From Schmidtea nova (lineage: Eukaryota), in assembly GCA_044892505.1 (NCBI GenBank), contig CM097883.1:498084-560000 (forward strand): a DNA stretch of 61,917 nucleotides. The letters are read 5' to 3'. Shown here piece after piece: positions 36,542-51,220 of the stretch. A program made the position numbers and the translations under genes. The notes under the pieces were generated by a model, which was given only the letters and a program-made list of their open reading frames with translations, ran no database searches and had not been told where the DNA came from. Positions within the stretch are counted from its first letter, which is position 1, and each line of letters begins with the position of its first letter.

Positions 36542-39489
36542 TACCTCGTCAACTATATTACTTAATTTTCTAACTTTTGTAGGTAGTGGATTATCGATAA
36601 AGATTTTTCTTTAATTATTAATAATACTGTTATCACTATTAATATCACTATTATTTATTGTTAAATTAAAAATCGATTTTTTCGAAGATCTAAATTTCCT
36701 TAAATGATCCTTATGGTCATCATAAAAGTTCAAAAAAGTAGAATTTTGGGTGGTCTTACATACGGGACATATAAAAAACGTGACTCCTTTATACGAATAT
36801 CGGTAATATTTTACCATTAATTCAATACATTTATTGTCATGAATTGATGATCGGCAAAAATTCGGAAAAAGTTTACCTTAAATATAAAAAAAAATAATTA
36901 AAAATATGAACAATAAATGACAAGTATTTTAATATTAAAATTAATATCATTATACAATAATTAATATAAATTAATTAATAATTACAATAATAAAAATTTA
37001 ATTAAATAATTTAAAAATTATGAAAAATAATATTAATTAATTTCAATTTTTATTATGTAAAAAAAAAATTATTATTATGTAAAATTTAAATTATTTACAA
37101 GTAATTTAAAAATATTAATTTAATATAATAATTTTCATATAGAATATATTATTTACTATGATAGAAAATAAATTATTTATTAATAATTAATTTACAAAAA
37201 CTTTAATTACTAGAATATTATTAAAAAATAAAGCAATAAGTAATATTATTCAATATAAAAATTAATTTTATATTCAAGTTAATTAATTATTATAAAAAAT
37301 TAGAATAATTATAATTAAAACTAGAATTGTTTTAATAATTAGTTATAAAATTCAAATTCAAAAATTGTAAATAATTTTCAAAAATTAGTAAACACTACAA
37401 AATTAATTAAATAATTAATAATTTAAATAATTTTTTTTAAATTTGTTTAAATGTTCATATTATTATTAATATATTGTATTAAGCGCGTGCAAGACAAAGG
37501 ATCGGCTAATGAAGTTATCTATGAAAAAGAACTAGAGCAATTAATTGGAATTTTATTCTTGTCTCTGGAGTTTTATTTGCTTTTTAATCTCTTGAAGTAT
37601 TTTTGTTCAAACCATCTGAAGATTGGTTTGATTGCTAAGCCAGAATTATATAGCTGTGTTCATCGCAGCCGTTGGACTTGTTGACAGCTTTCTGCCGTAA
37701 TCATATGTGGCTATGATTGGATGGTTTCATATTGAGTTCTAGGAAGTTTGCTCTGGTTTTATTAAAAATTTATATTCTGTATCCTGGAGGTCTTTTGGCA
37801 TCTTAAATTCAGTATATTTGTTCGTAGGTAGTCTAATTATATATCTTTGCACACAGCTCCTTTTCTGATCATCAGTGGAGGTTTTTTAAGATATCTTTAT
37901 TGTCAGATGGGAAGAGAATAACTGGATTGGATTGAGTTTCACACTTGATTGAGCATCCGACTTTGCTTCCGTTTGTCTATGAAATCATTTATATATTGAA
38001 TGACATATACACCGCAGTAATAAACGGCTTTCACGCGACGTAAAAAAAAAAAATTAAGTTTTATTTAATAACACAAATCGGAGAGAATTAAGGCTAAAAG
38101 AGGAGCATGCTCACTCTTGGAATGTTTTTGGTTTTTAACACTTTTGATATTATTAGCTACCGGACATATGCTCGCGGTAGATGTGATAGCTTGCGACAAC
38201 TGCACTGATGGCGCATTTTCTTGCAAGGGCCTTTATTTCGGTTTTTGTAAGGCCCAACAAAAATTATTTTTTTCATTTTTTCAAATTCGTTTTTTAAATT
38301 AAAATTATCTGATTGATTTCCATTGATATTATCGGATGTCTCATTAAAATTTTTTAAATTATTATTGATATTTTCGGTAATTATATTTTTATTAAAAATA
38401 TTTTTATTTAAAATATTTTCTCCATTTTTATTATTTTCTCCATTTTTATGCTTAGCCACTATTTCAACTGTTCTTTCTTTATCAATAGTGGTATTATTCT
38501 GTTCATGATTTTTGCTAGAGTCTTCATGCTTTATTGTATCTTCAATATTCTCTGTTTTTTCAGTAATATTTTTGGTAATTTTTAAATTGCCAAATTTTTT
38601 AATAAAATTAAAATTTTTGAATTTAAAATTATCTTCAAAAATTATATTTCTTTTTATCTCATTATTTTCTTCATTTAGTATGAGATTAAATTCTTCAGAA
38701 ATTTTAAACTGATGAATTGAGTCCATTGTTGCTTCATTGTCAGCATTTTCTTCAATATTCCTTGATATTATTAGGTTCCCATTTTTTAAAATAAAAATTT
38801 ATTTTTAAAATTTTTATTATTTTTTGGTTTTTTTATAATAAAATTGATATTATTATGAATTTTTTGAAATTTTTTCATAATTTCAAATAAATTTTTATTT
38901 AAAAATTTAAAATAAAATTTATTTTCATGGTTTTTATATTTTTTAAATTTTTCCGCATTCTGATTTCTAAAATTTTTCCGTTTTCGTTGAATATAATTTA
39001 TATTATGATTTTGATTTTTCTTTGATTTATAATTATTCCTATAATTAGGATTATAATTATTTCCTTTGTAATTTGAATTTCCTGGTTGACCACCATTCCT
39101 CGATATTTCTTTTTTATTTGGGCTTGTTTGTTTTTCTGAATAAGTATTTTCCGATTGGAATTTTTCTTCATTTATTTTAGTGATTTCCTTTCTGATTGAA
39201 TTATCTTTCTTTATCAGAATGTTTTTGGTGATGAATTTGTATGATTTATTAATAATCTTGAGAATTAAGTCACTTCCTTTTTTATTTAATTCTTCATCGC
39301 TGATTGCCGCATCTTTTAGTACTTTCGATATGTAGTTTGAGGTGTTTAGATCATATCTCTTGATGTGCTTGGCAATCTCCTTCCAAAACATAGTCATTTC
39401 GTAGATGTTGATTCTGACTACTCCGTATTTCAGGTAATCATTGATGGCAATGATTTCTAGATTGTGCTCCTCTATCCACTGATCAATTA

Positions 39490-39715
39490 TTCATTCATAC
39501 GTTATCTTGGTCATACGTTATCTTGGTCATTAAGTCATCTTCATCATTAATGTTATCTTGGTCATTATCTTGGTCATTACATCATTGTCATTATCTTGGT
39601 CATTAATACGTTATCTTGGTCATCTTATCTTAGTCATTATCTTCATCAGTAATATCCAAGTCATTATCTTGGTCATTATCTTGGTCATCATTAATACGTT
39701 ATCTTGATCATCATT
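39490..39715. repeat. Degenerate 12-bp tandem repeat (CATTATCTTGGT)
   Basis: Visible repeated units. Confidence 0.75.
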
Positions 39716-40999
39716 TATCATCTGCAGTTGAGAGCTAGAAAAAGAATTAATTAATTTTAATAATAAAATCAAATACTTACGAATATAATCATTATAATAA
39801 TTATTAGTCAAAAGAAATAATGAAACAAAAGTTATTTCCAATAAATTATATTTTTATTTAAATTTTTTCAATTATTCTAATCTGTTTTCTTCAGTTTGAT
39901 TAAATTTATTGATTTCTTCAATTCTTCTAATTTGATTTCATAATACTTTATCATGGTCATTAAAGGTTTACATTTTTCTTCTAATTCAAAAATGTTTTGC
40001 TTAACTTCGTCATCAATTACTCGACCTTTGTTATAGTATTCCAGATGAGAGCTGGAACAAGAAATAATTAATTTTAATAATAAAATCAAATACTTACGAA
40101 TATAATCATTATAATAATTTTATAATAAATTTAAATATTGCATCATTAAACTCTGACTTTGATTTAATTTTACCCTTTTTTATAAAATTTTAAATAATAT
40201 GTTATTCTTTTGTCTTTGTAAATTTCTCTGTTTTATTGCCTATTAAATTTAACCATTTAAATCTATTTATCATTTTTTCTAAATTAACACGTGTTTTTTA
40301 TTTATCATAAAAATTTCAGTATAAAAAAGTTTATTGAATTTAGTATAAGATTTTATAAAAATTGTATAAAAAATTTTATTCTAAAAAATTTTAACTTTGA
40401 AAAATTTACTTTAAAAATTCTACTTTAAAAATTTTAATTTTAATTTACCAACCCTGCGATAACCCAAAAAATTTACCCTTTTTTCATTAAATTTTAAATA
40501 TTGCATCATTCAACTCTGACTTTGTCTTAATTTTACCCTTTTTATTTAATTTTAAATATTATGTCATTTCAAATCTGATTTTGCTTAAATTTTACCCTTT
40601 TGCATTAAGTTTTAAAATTTATGTCATTCTTTTGTTTTTGTAAAGTTCTTCATGTTTTATTGCCTATTTAATTTAATCACGTGTTTAATACTCTTTTCTT
40701 AAATCTTTATTTAAAATTTCTGTTCAAAATTACCAGAGTCCCTTTTTTCCCTAGAAATTGTGGGAATTGAAAATCATATTGAAAATAATTTCAATGCATT
40801 TTACTAGTTTAAAAAATTTACACGTGTTTTTTACTTACCATTTAAATTTTAATTCAAATTATCAGTATCCCTTTTTGGCCGAAAAAAATCTGGGAGTAGA
40901 AAATCCTATTCAAAAGACCGACGAAAATTTCCTATACAAAAGATCGACCCAAAATTCTCTATTCAAAATAAACAAATTTTTTTTTGAAATTTTTTTTTT

Positions 41000-41285
41000 T
41001 TAACACAAATTTTTTTAACAAATTTTTTTAACACAAATTTTTTTAACACAAATTTTTTTAACACAAATTTTTTTAACACAAATTTTTTTAACACAAAATT
41101 ATTTTTAACACAAATTTTTTTTTTCAAAATTTTTTTTTAACACAAATACAAATTTTGCGTGGGCGTAATTTTTTTTTCGAAATTCTTTTGCGCGCTAAAA
41201 ATTTTTTTATTAAAATTTTTTTCAAATTTTTTTTTTAACACAAAATTTTTTTTTAACACAAATTTTGTTTTTTTAAACACAAATA
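41000..41285. repeat. ~15-bp tandem repeat (TTTTTAACACAAAT)
   Basis: More than 10 visible units. Confidence 0.85.
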
Positions 41286-41300
41286 TGAGTCATCGAAAAA

Positions 41301-41450
41301 TTTGCAATACACGTGCAACATAAACAAAGACTTTGCAACACGCGTGCAACATGAACAAAGACATTCTAAATACAAAGACAAAGACTTTGCAACACGCGTG
41401 CAACTTAAACAAAGACAATGCAATACACGTGCAACATGAACAAAGACAAT
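41301..41450. repeat. Array of four imperfect palindromes TGCAAYACRCGTGCAA separated by ACAAAGAC
   Basis: Visible repeated units. Confidence 0.75.
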
Positions 41451-41667
41451 GAAAATACAAATACCAAATAAAATTTATTTATAAATATATTGTTGTGTAC
41501 GTGTAAAAAATTTCGTTTCAAAATTATTTACATCTGAATTATTACTCGGAATATTATTCATAGGAATATTATTCATTGTAATATTATTCATCGGAATATT
41601 AGTATTTTTCGGAATATTATTCTTTGGAATATTTGATATCTTCTCCAACCGTATAGATGCAGATAAA

Positions 41668-41968
41668 ATAATATTGTTAATGCGTTCTGTATATATTTTA
41701 GTTAGATTATTTTTCATTTTACCCAGCGGACCAAAATAAATGTCTAAATATTTATAAAAATCATTTGATAACATAAATGGAAATTTCTCTTCACCATCGG
41801 CCACTCGTTTTGGCGTTATTATCCAACTGTCACTCCTCCGGTCTCTTTTGGCTACAATGGACGCACACTTTGCAGCATTCACTGAAAGTCCATTTTCTTT
41901 AGAGTGAATGTATGAAAAGCACGTATCTTTGGGTAGATGTAGCCATTTACGAACTAGCATCCGGGTGA
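41668..41968 (-). mobile_element. Rearranged fragments of a diverged copy of the R2-type RT
   Basis: TRMLVRKWLHLPKDTCFSYIHSK is joined out of order to ENGLSVNAAKC...YKYL. Confidence 0.85.
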
Positions 41969-42002
41969 ATATTTTTATTATTACAATTATTCGTGATATT
42001 AT

Positions 42003-43410
42003 CACCACTATTATTATTATATGATCATTGGCAGGATTTGAGATCGAATATATTTATATATGAATTCGAAAACGAGTCTTAACAAAAGAGTTTAGATATG
42101 TTAGGCTCGTTATAATTTACAGAAAATTATTATTAAATAGCACAAATGAATAAAAATACAAAAATTGGAAATATAATAATTAATGTAAAAACATTAAAAT
42201 AAAATTTATAAAAAAATCAAAATAAAGTTTGAGCGGGGGAAACTGGTATGTGAGGGTGCCAAATGATGATGGCACAAAAAACTCAATAGAAAGAATATTG
42301 AATTAATAAAAACAAGTTTATTGTAAAATGAATATTTTTTTAAAATTTTATTAACAAGCTTTTAAAAATTTCAAATAATATAAAATTAAAAATATTTTTA
42401 AATGGTAATTAAAACATTTTAGTTTTTTTAATTTTTTTAAATGTTCATATTATTATTAATATATTGTATTCAGCTAGTGCCAGACAAAGGATCGGCTAAT
42501 GAAGTTATCTATGTAAAAGGACTAGCGCAATGGATTGGAAGTTTAATCTTGTCTCTGGAGTTTCTTTGTCATTTTAACTCTGCAAAGTATTTTTGTTCAA
42601 GCCATCTAAAGATTAGTTTGATTGCTAAGCCAGAATTGTAAATAATTGTGTTAAATTAACAGTCCAATTGAAGAATTACAGGACATAATAAATTATTACT
42701 TGGACTCAAAAGAAAGATTGATTTGAAAGCTTCGAAAAAAGAACATTCAGATAATAAAATTGAAAAAAGAAAATGAAAGATTGCTCAATCAAGTCAGAGA
42801 ATTGAAAGATGTTTCATGAAAAAAAATATTTTAATAGTTTTTAGTTTTTTTTATATATAAAATTTGAGTTAAAATTTTATAAGTGTAGTTGTTATATCAA
42901 ATAATAAATATGTAAAGTAAATAACCTTTTTGAATGTATAATAAAGCTATTGAGTTTTTTATTTTTTTTGGTTTTGTTATATATATCATCAGAGTTACAA
43001 TTTTATTAGTATAGTTGATATATTAAATAATAAACATGTAAAGTAAATAACTTTTTTCAATGTATAGATACATTATATACTAAAGCTATTGATGATTTAT
43101 ATGAATATTTTAAAAGATGAATAGGTGAAATAATTTAAGTCATTGATAATTTCAGACCATGTTTTTGATCTTACGATGAAATTATTAAATATTCAAAAGC
43201 TTGAATATATGTTATGATGGATATGTTTCTTAGTAATTGTAATAGATATATACCAACTTTAATTACGTTGTGGTATTTTAAATTGTAAAGTTTTATTTAG
43301 AACATGAATTTTGATAACCCGCTTTGTTTTTTACAAGAAATTAAAAATATGATATACAGTTTGATATTATTTTAAATTATCTATTCGCGCGCGTATTTCC
43401 AATAATTAAA
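42003..43410 (+). repeat. Paralog of window 1-2490 lacking the Helitron
   Basis: Collinear, near-identical sequence. Confidence 0.9.
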
Positions 43411-44779
43411 TAAATATTGGGGATATAATCCGTCTATAAAAAATAAAAAATATTAAAAATATGCATATATAAAATTAATGAAGAAAATTCATGAAGAAAA
43501 TTCAATGTTTCAAATAAAGATAATGATACAAGGTTTTAAAGAAACAAACAATACAGTCAGACCAATTTGGAAGATAATAGAATCTATTTTATATGAATAA
43601 ACTTTAATTTTCAAATCTTGTCTTTTATTCAAATATTTAGCTTACAACTATTATAAAATAGATTAGTTTTTTATTTAAATGTTTAATAACATAATTCATT
43701 TTGTTAAAATATTTAATTTTGCATATAAAATTAATATTTAAATTAAATAAATATTTAAATAATTAAACTAATGTATTTTTAAAATAATTAAAATTAATTA
43801 ACATATCTTTTATATTATCCAAAATTCATTATGTTTAAATAATTAATTTTGCATATAAAATTAATATTCAAATTAAATAAATATTTAAATAATTAAACTA
43901 ATGTATTATTTAAATAATTAAAATTTATTAACATATCTTGTATATTATCCAAAATTCATTTTGCTTGATTTTGCATATAAATTCTAATTAAATGTATTAT
44001 TTAAATAATCAAATAATTAAAATTAATTAAAATATCTTTAAAATTCCAAAATTCATTATTAATTCAAATTAAATAGATATTTAAATAATTCAAATAGTTT
44101 ATTATTTAAATATTCAAATAATTTAAATTAACATTAAAATAATAAAAGATAACAACTATCATTAAATAATAAAAGTTAATAAACATTAGTAAATATTATT
44201 ATCAATAAATATTAAAATCAGTAAATATTAAAATCAGAAAATATTATCAGTAAATATTAGATTATCATTAAAAATTAATAATTATATAACTTTCTAAATT
44301 TAAATTCAAATTAACTAAATAAATATTCAATTAATTTGAATTTAATTTTAGAATGATAATATATTAAATACAATTGTAACAATACTTACATTTGACATTT
44401 TTCTTTAGGATATTTTCTCTTATAAAATAATTGCTTTCTTCATTTAAATTCATATTTTCTTCATTAAAATTCATACTTTCTTAATTAAAATTCATATTTT
44501 CTTAAATTCTATATCACAAAATTCTAAAAATAATAAAATTTAATTCAAAAGATTTTTAACAAAAATTAACTTACCAAAGTTGGGATCAAGTAAAAAGTGA
44601 TTTTAAAATGATTTTTTCTCGTTTATATACTTAATTATTACATGATACACAACACTCTAAAATTTCCATGGATACACACACGAGCACACGAATTAGATTA
44701 CCGCAACGTAAAATATTAAACAAAACTAATTTAATTAAAATTATGAATTAAAAATAATACAAATTTTAAATACAAATAT

Positions 44780-45163
44780 TTATTTATTAAACATTTTTAT
44801 TAACCACACTATATAGTGCTGACCACATGTTTTTGTCATTGGATTCTGGTATCGGATTCTGTTATATTCAATTGGCATCAACATTGACGATAGTTTTTTA
44901 ATCAATAGCGGCGGATAATAAAATTCCATTGGATCAAACACGTGTATTTTATCGGGTTTTACATAAACTGCAATCCAATGTTCACCATTAAGGTTTGATG
45001 ATTGAGTATTGACAATCAAAGCTTTGTTAACATCAATATATGGAATTTCATCCAACGGAAAAACACCAAGAAATTCCGATCGGAATAATTTTATAGCAAT
45101 ATATTCAATCTGAATAGAACTAATAAAAATAAAAATTTAAATTAAATTAAAATCTTACTTCAT
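44780..45163 (-). CDS. Polinton adenain-like cysteine protease; 2 exons (intron 45120-45158)
   Basis: Spliced product MNSIQIE..FLGVFPLDEIP..IVNT..GEHW..FDP..YQ..TCGQ. Confidence 0.88.
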
Positions 45164-45204
45164 TTGATGATAAATTTTTGTTAAATTAGTTTATAACCAT
45201 TTAA

Positions 45205-45735
45205 TCAAACCAGTATTGTTCGATTAGCTGTAATTTGTAATTCCTTTTCAAAAACTCCATATACAATTACAGAAACTAATTCAGTCAATGGTGTACCAAA
45301 TTTAATATCAAGTCTTAAATTATCCTGTTGAGGTAATTGACTTTGATTTAGATCAAAATATGGAGCCAAAACGAAGGTGAAAAAAGGATATTTGGTTTTC
45401 CAATCTGTTAATAAAATACCACAATTCATACTCTTATTTAGGTAACCAAGGTTACGGATAATAGATTGCATATAACTAGTACTACAATTATCATTTTCAA
45501 AATCTTGAGAATATTTTGCAAGATAATCACTTCCTTTCGATAAAGTTAATGATTTGACATTAAAATGATCGTAAATAGAATAAGTTTCAGTAAAGGAACC
45601 ACCGTGTCTTTTATTACCTTGAAATGGTACAAGAATAAAGTTTGGTAATCGTCTATCACAAAAGATTTGTTCTTTATAAAATGACGAAGATCTTATTGGC
45701 AATGAAAATTCTACGACTTCCTTATTTTTTATTGG
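45205..45735 (-). pseudogene. Polinton major capsid (double jelly-roll) C-terminal fragment
   Basis: LP..I.V...G.F....F.V..L, NLRLDIKF..PL...V.VIVYG.F...L.I...R; lies directly upstream of the protease as in Polintons. Confidence 0.8.
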
Positions 45736-48429
45736 ATAAATTGCATAAATTACATAACTTTTAATAATAATGAAAAAAAAGTTATTTCCAATAAATTATA
45801 TTTTTATTTAAATTTCTTCAATTCTTCTTATCTGCTTTCTTCAATTTGATTAAATTTTTTGATTTCTTTAATTCTTCTAATTTGAATTTATAATACGTTA
45901 TCATGGTCATTAATGTTTTACATTTTTCTTCTAATTCAAAAATGTATTGCTCAACTTCGTCATCAATTACTCGACCTTTGTTATAGTATCCTTAGTTGAG
46001 AGCTAGAAAAAGAAATAATTAATTTTAATAATTAAATCAAATACTTACGAATATAATCAGTATTATATTTATTAGTCAAAAATAATAATGAAACAAAAGT
46101 TATTTCCAATAAATTATATTTTTATTTAAATTTCTTCAATTCTTCTAATCCATTTTTTTAAAATTAAATAATGAAAAAAAAAGTTATTTCCAATTAATTT
46201 AATTTTATTAAAGTTTCTTCATTTCTAATCTGTTTTCTTGAAATCAATTAAATTAATTGATTTCTTTAATTCTTTTAATTTCTCATGATAATTGTTTCTC
46301 TGGGTTGTTAATAATTTACATTTCTTTTCCAACTCTAGAATCTATATTTCGACTTCAGCATCAATAACCCTACCCTCATTATAATATCCCCATTTAAGCG
46401 CTTGAAAAAAAAATTAATTAATTAATAAATAAGGGCGTGGCGGTGTTAAGTTAAGGGGGAGATCTTGATTCTAGTTGATACTTATAAACTAGTCAATTCT
46501 CGTACCAACATGTTTCCGGTTGAGTAGTGGACTACTACAATAAATTATATTACTGGCAATCGTATTACCGGCCGCGTTGACGCATGTAAAGCAACTCAGC
46601 AAGCCGAGTGGTGTAGTTTATCTTTTTATAACTGGTGGTCCTACTCCTACACTGTCCTTACAACTTAACACCAATCAGCTCCAAATATCTTGCTTTTGCT
46701 TTAATTTAAACGATGAGACTGACACTAAGTTGCGCTTCCACTGGTCATGATAAGTAGTCATGACTCATGTAGTCCTCTTTAGCTATCTGAATAGCGTAGT
46801 TTGTCTTTTTATAGCCGGTGGTTCTACTCCCACGCTGCCAGACAAGCATCGTACTCATCCTCATACAAACACTAATACTCTATTAAACTCGAGGCTTTGT
46901 CTTGCCTGGTTCTTCAAGAGATTTATATACATGTTTGTGTCCAGTTTACCAGTTTCATTATATATATAAAAATAAAATAATAAGAAAAAGTAAAAGGATA
47001 CGCTTTTTCTTGCAGAGAAGTTCGAATAGGCATAAAGAATAATCAAAAGTAGTTTAACTTACCACATGATCTTCCTTTGTTATAGTATCCTTAGTTGAGA
47101 GCTAGAAAAAGAATTAATTAATTTTAATAATAAAATCAAATACTTACAAATATTATCATTATAATAATTATTAGTCAAATAAAATAATGAAACAAAAGTT
47201 ATTTCCAATAAATTATAATTTTATTTAAATTTCTTCAATTCTTCTAATCTGCTTTCTTGAATTTGATTAAATTTATTGATTTCTTCAATTCTTCTAATTT
47301 GATTTCATAATACGTTATTTTGGTCATTAATTATTATCTAGGTCATCTTAGTCATTCATACGTTATCTTGGGCATGAACAAAGAGGCTAAATTAATAAAA
47401 ATTGAATAGACAATAAAGAATGGAAAATTTCATAAAGACAAAATAATGACATAATATTGAAAAATTAATTAAAAAGGGTAAAATAAAGCAAGCTGAGAAT
47501 TTAAATGAAAATGTCTAATAATAGTAATATATTTTTTAAAAATTTTGAGAGTGGTTAAAACTTTAAAAAGTAATTTTTAGTAAATTATTTAAAATAAATT
47601 ATTTAAATTAAAATTATTATAAATGTTTGTACTGAGATATAAAACTGCTAAATTTATGAAACATATGGTTAAACTAAAATAAAACAAGGAGAACTTTTCA
47701 AGGTACAAAATATTAACAAAATATTTTAACAAATGGTAAAATAAATAAACTGAGTGCTGTGACTTTAAATGACTTAAAATTTAAAATTAATATTTTCAAT
47801 GACACAATGTATATAAAAATATGCGTATTATTTAGAAAATATAGAAACATTTAATAATTTTCAAAAATTTTAAATTAAACATTTTTTAAGTAAAATTTAA
47901 CAATAAAATTTCAAATCTTTTAACAATAATAAAAAGGTTTTAAAAAGATAAAGAAAAAGTCAAAATCAAATACAAAATTTATTCAATAAATGTTTATTTC
48001 ACTATATATGTTTTAGTGACATAAAAGAAACTCCTAAATATTATCCTATTAGCAGAGACACAAAAAGTATTTTAAATTAATTTTTAAACAATAAAATTTA
48101 CAGTTTATCGTTTTATTTAATTTTAAAATTTAAACGACTCTGGATTCATTAATCTTAATAGTAACATTTACATGAATTTTAGGGCAAAAATATTTTATAC
48201 ACATTGTATGAAGCCTGGCGGCATTTAGTGTACGTAATAAAAATAATAATTTTTAAATTGTCTTGCAAAACTCAAAAAGAAAGAATATTGAATTTAAAAA
48301 AAACAAGTTTATTGTAAAATTAATATTTTTATAAAGTTTATTAACAAGCTTTTAAAATTTTAAATAATATATAATGAAAAATATTTTTAAATGGTAAATA
48401 TAACATTTTATTTTTTTTAATTTGTTTAA

Positions 48430-49770
48430 ATGTTCATATTATTATTAATATATTGTATTAAGCGCGTGCAAGACAAAGGATCGGCTAATGAAGTTATCTA
48501 TGAAAAAGTACTAGAGCAATTAATTGGAATTTTATTCTTGTCTCTGGAGTTTTATTTGCTTTTTAATCTCTTGAAGTATTTTTGTTCAAACCATCTGAAG
48601 ATTGGTTTGATTGTTAAGCCAGAATTATATAGCTGTGTTCATCGCAGCCGTAGGACTTGTTGACAGCTTTCTGCCGTAATCATATGTGGCTATGATTGGA
48701 TTGTTTCATATTGAGTTCTAAAAAATTTGCTCTGGTTTTATTAAAAATTTATATTCTGGATCCTGGAGGTCTTTTGGCATCTTAAATTCAGTATATTTGT
48801 TCGTAGGTAGTCTAATTATATATCTTTGGCACATAGCTGCTTCTCTGATCATCAGTGGAGGTTTTTAAAGATATCTTTATTGTCTGGTGGGAAGAGAATA
48901 ACTGGACTGGATTGAGTTTCACACTTGATTGAGCATCCGACTTTGCTTCCGTTTGTCTATGAAATCATTTATATATTGAATGACATATTCACCGCAGTGG
49001 AAGTCATTTTCTTGTTTCGGATTGAATTCTAGATAGAATGTATCGAATTTTATTTGAGATTCGATAGTAAAGCTCAGCATGTTATCCATTTTAGATTTTA
49101 GAGAAGTGCTTTTGTTCTTGGCTCATTTGATCATTCGGATCCATGATTATTGACTTTTTTGCTTTTCTGGAGGCTAGATATACAGTCCAATTTCCTATAT
49201 TCCAATGGATTAGCCATATTATGAGTTCCGATCCTACTAAGGTTTCTAGTTTAAGATTTTCTAGAGTTTTAGTGATATCATTAGAAATCATGTTTTCGGC
49301 ATTTTTCGGTTCAATATAATGTATGAGCTGATTTTTGTTGCCTGTGGAGAATCTGATATATGATTCTATGGCTGACTGTGATAGTGAACTGGAATTTGTT
49401 GGAAAATATTCCTCTGATGGGATATTTGATGATGTTTTAACTTCTCGAATCGATTGTTTATTGCTTTTATGGTTTGCGATATGTTCCATTACATCTTTTT
49501 CGGAGATTGGAACTGAGCAGGTTTTAAAGGTACCCATTTCGAGTACTTCTTTATTACAATTCTTGTGGTAGCATCTCATTTCGAGATCATTATTGATAAT
49601 TATATCATAATGTTCATTGGAATTTTGCGTATTCCCTCCTCCAATTCGCTTTGGTGGATTTTTTTAAATTTTTTGAATTTTCGCATTTAGATTTGAGGTT
49701 GTAGATCTCAAACTAGATTTATTTGTTCTTTTTTTATTCAGCTTTATAGGTGTTGTTGATTCTTCTGAAA
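48430..49770 (-). pseudogene. NeSL-like ORF with Ulp1/C48 cysteine protease domain
   Basis: LIHWNIGNWTVY..KKSIIMDP and, after a frameshift, PKQENDFHCGEYVIQYI. NeSL-1 is known to encode a Ulp1-like protease. Confidence 0.7.
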
Positions 49771-51220
49771 TCTCTGTAAATATTTCTAAAATTGATAATA
49801 AAATACATAAAAATATACAAGTATGCTGCCCATTTTTTAAAAATAAATAATGAAAAACAAAAGAAGTTATTTCCAAATTTATTAAAGTTTATTCTTTCTT
49901 CTTAAAATCAATTAAATAAATTGATTTCTTGATTTCTTTTAATTTATGTTTGTAATAATTTCGTTGGGTTTTTATTGATTTGCATTTCTTTTCAAGTTCT
50001 AAAATAAGTTTATAGTTCGGCATTTTTAACCCGGCCTTCATTAAAATATCCCCATTTGAGCGCTAGAAAAAAATTAAGAAATAAAGAAATAAATAAATTA
50101 ATAATAAAATCAAACGCTTACGTATATAAGTTATTTCCAATTTTATTTTATTAAAGTTTCGTTATTCTTTTTTCTTGAAATCAATTAAATTAATTGATTT
50201 CTTCAATTCTTTTAATTTCTCTTTATAATATTTTTTCTGGGTTGGTAATGCTTTACATTTCTTTTCCAATTCTAAAATATATATTTCGACTTCAGCATCA
50301 ATAATCCTACCCTCATTATAATATAATAGAAAAAAATAGAAAAAAAATTAATTAATAAATAAGGGCGTGGCGGTGTTGGGTTAAGGGGGAGATCTTGATT
50401 CTAGTTGATACTTATAAACTAGTCTATTCTCGTACCAACATGTTTCCGGTTGAGTAGTGGACTACTACAATAAATTATATTACTGGCAATCGTATTACCG
50501 GCCGCGTTGACGCATGTAAAGCAACTCAGCAAGCCGAGTGGTGTAGTTTATCTTTTTATAACTGGTGGTCCTACTCACACTGTCCTTACAACTTAACATC
50601 TACCAGCTCCGAATATCTTGCTTTCGCTTTTATTTAAACGGTGAGACTGACACTAAGCTGCGCTGCCATTGGTTATGATAAGTAGTCATAACTCATGTAG
50701 TCCTATTCAGCAATCTGAATAGCGTAGTTTGTCTTTTTATAGCTGGTGGTTCTACTCCCACGCTGCCGTACAAGCATCGTACTCATCCTCATACAAACAC
50801 TAATACTCTATTAAACTCGAGGCTTTGATAATGTCTTGCCTGGTTCTTCAAGAGATTTATATACATGTTTTCGTTCAGTTTTCCAGTTTCATTATGTATA
50901 TATATATATCAAATAAAAATAAATAAAGTTAAAGGATACGCTTGTTCTTGCAGAGAAGTTCGAATAGGCCTAAAGAATACTCAAAGTAGATGAACTTACC
51001 ACAGGATCTTCTCGAATGCACAACTTGAACCTAATAGCGCGATTGATACTAAGGGAGTTCCACCCGTTCTTGCACCCTCAGCCGATCGTGCACCCACCCT
51101 TTGAGCGAAAGAACGACCCTCTACGGACTGTCGGGATAATTCTTCGCAGTTTCTTACTGTTGTCCCTGCAATGGGTCTCGGAAGCGGCCCCAAATCCACG
51201 AGTGAAACCTACAAAGCAAT

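Noticed and set aside
9355-46000. A single intact Polinton with TIRs and a 6-bp TSD
   Set aside because: No matching termini found; modules are scattered, in mixed orientation and may come from different families.
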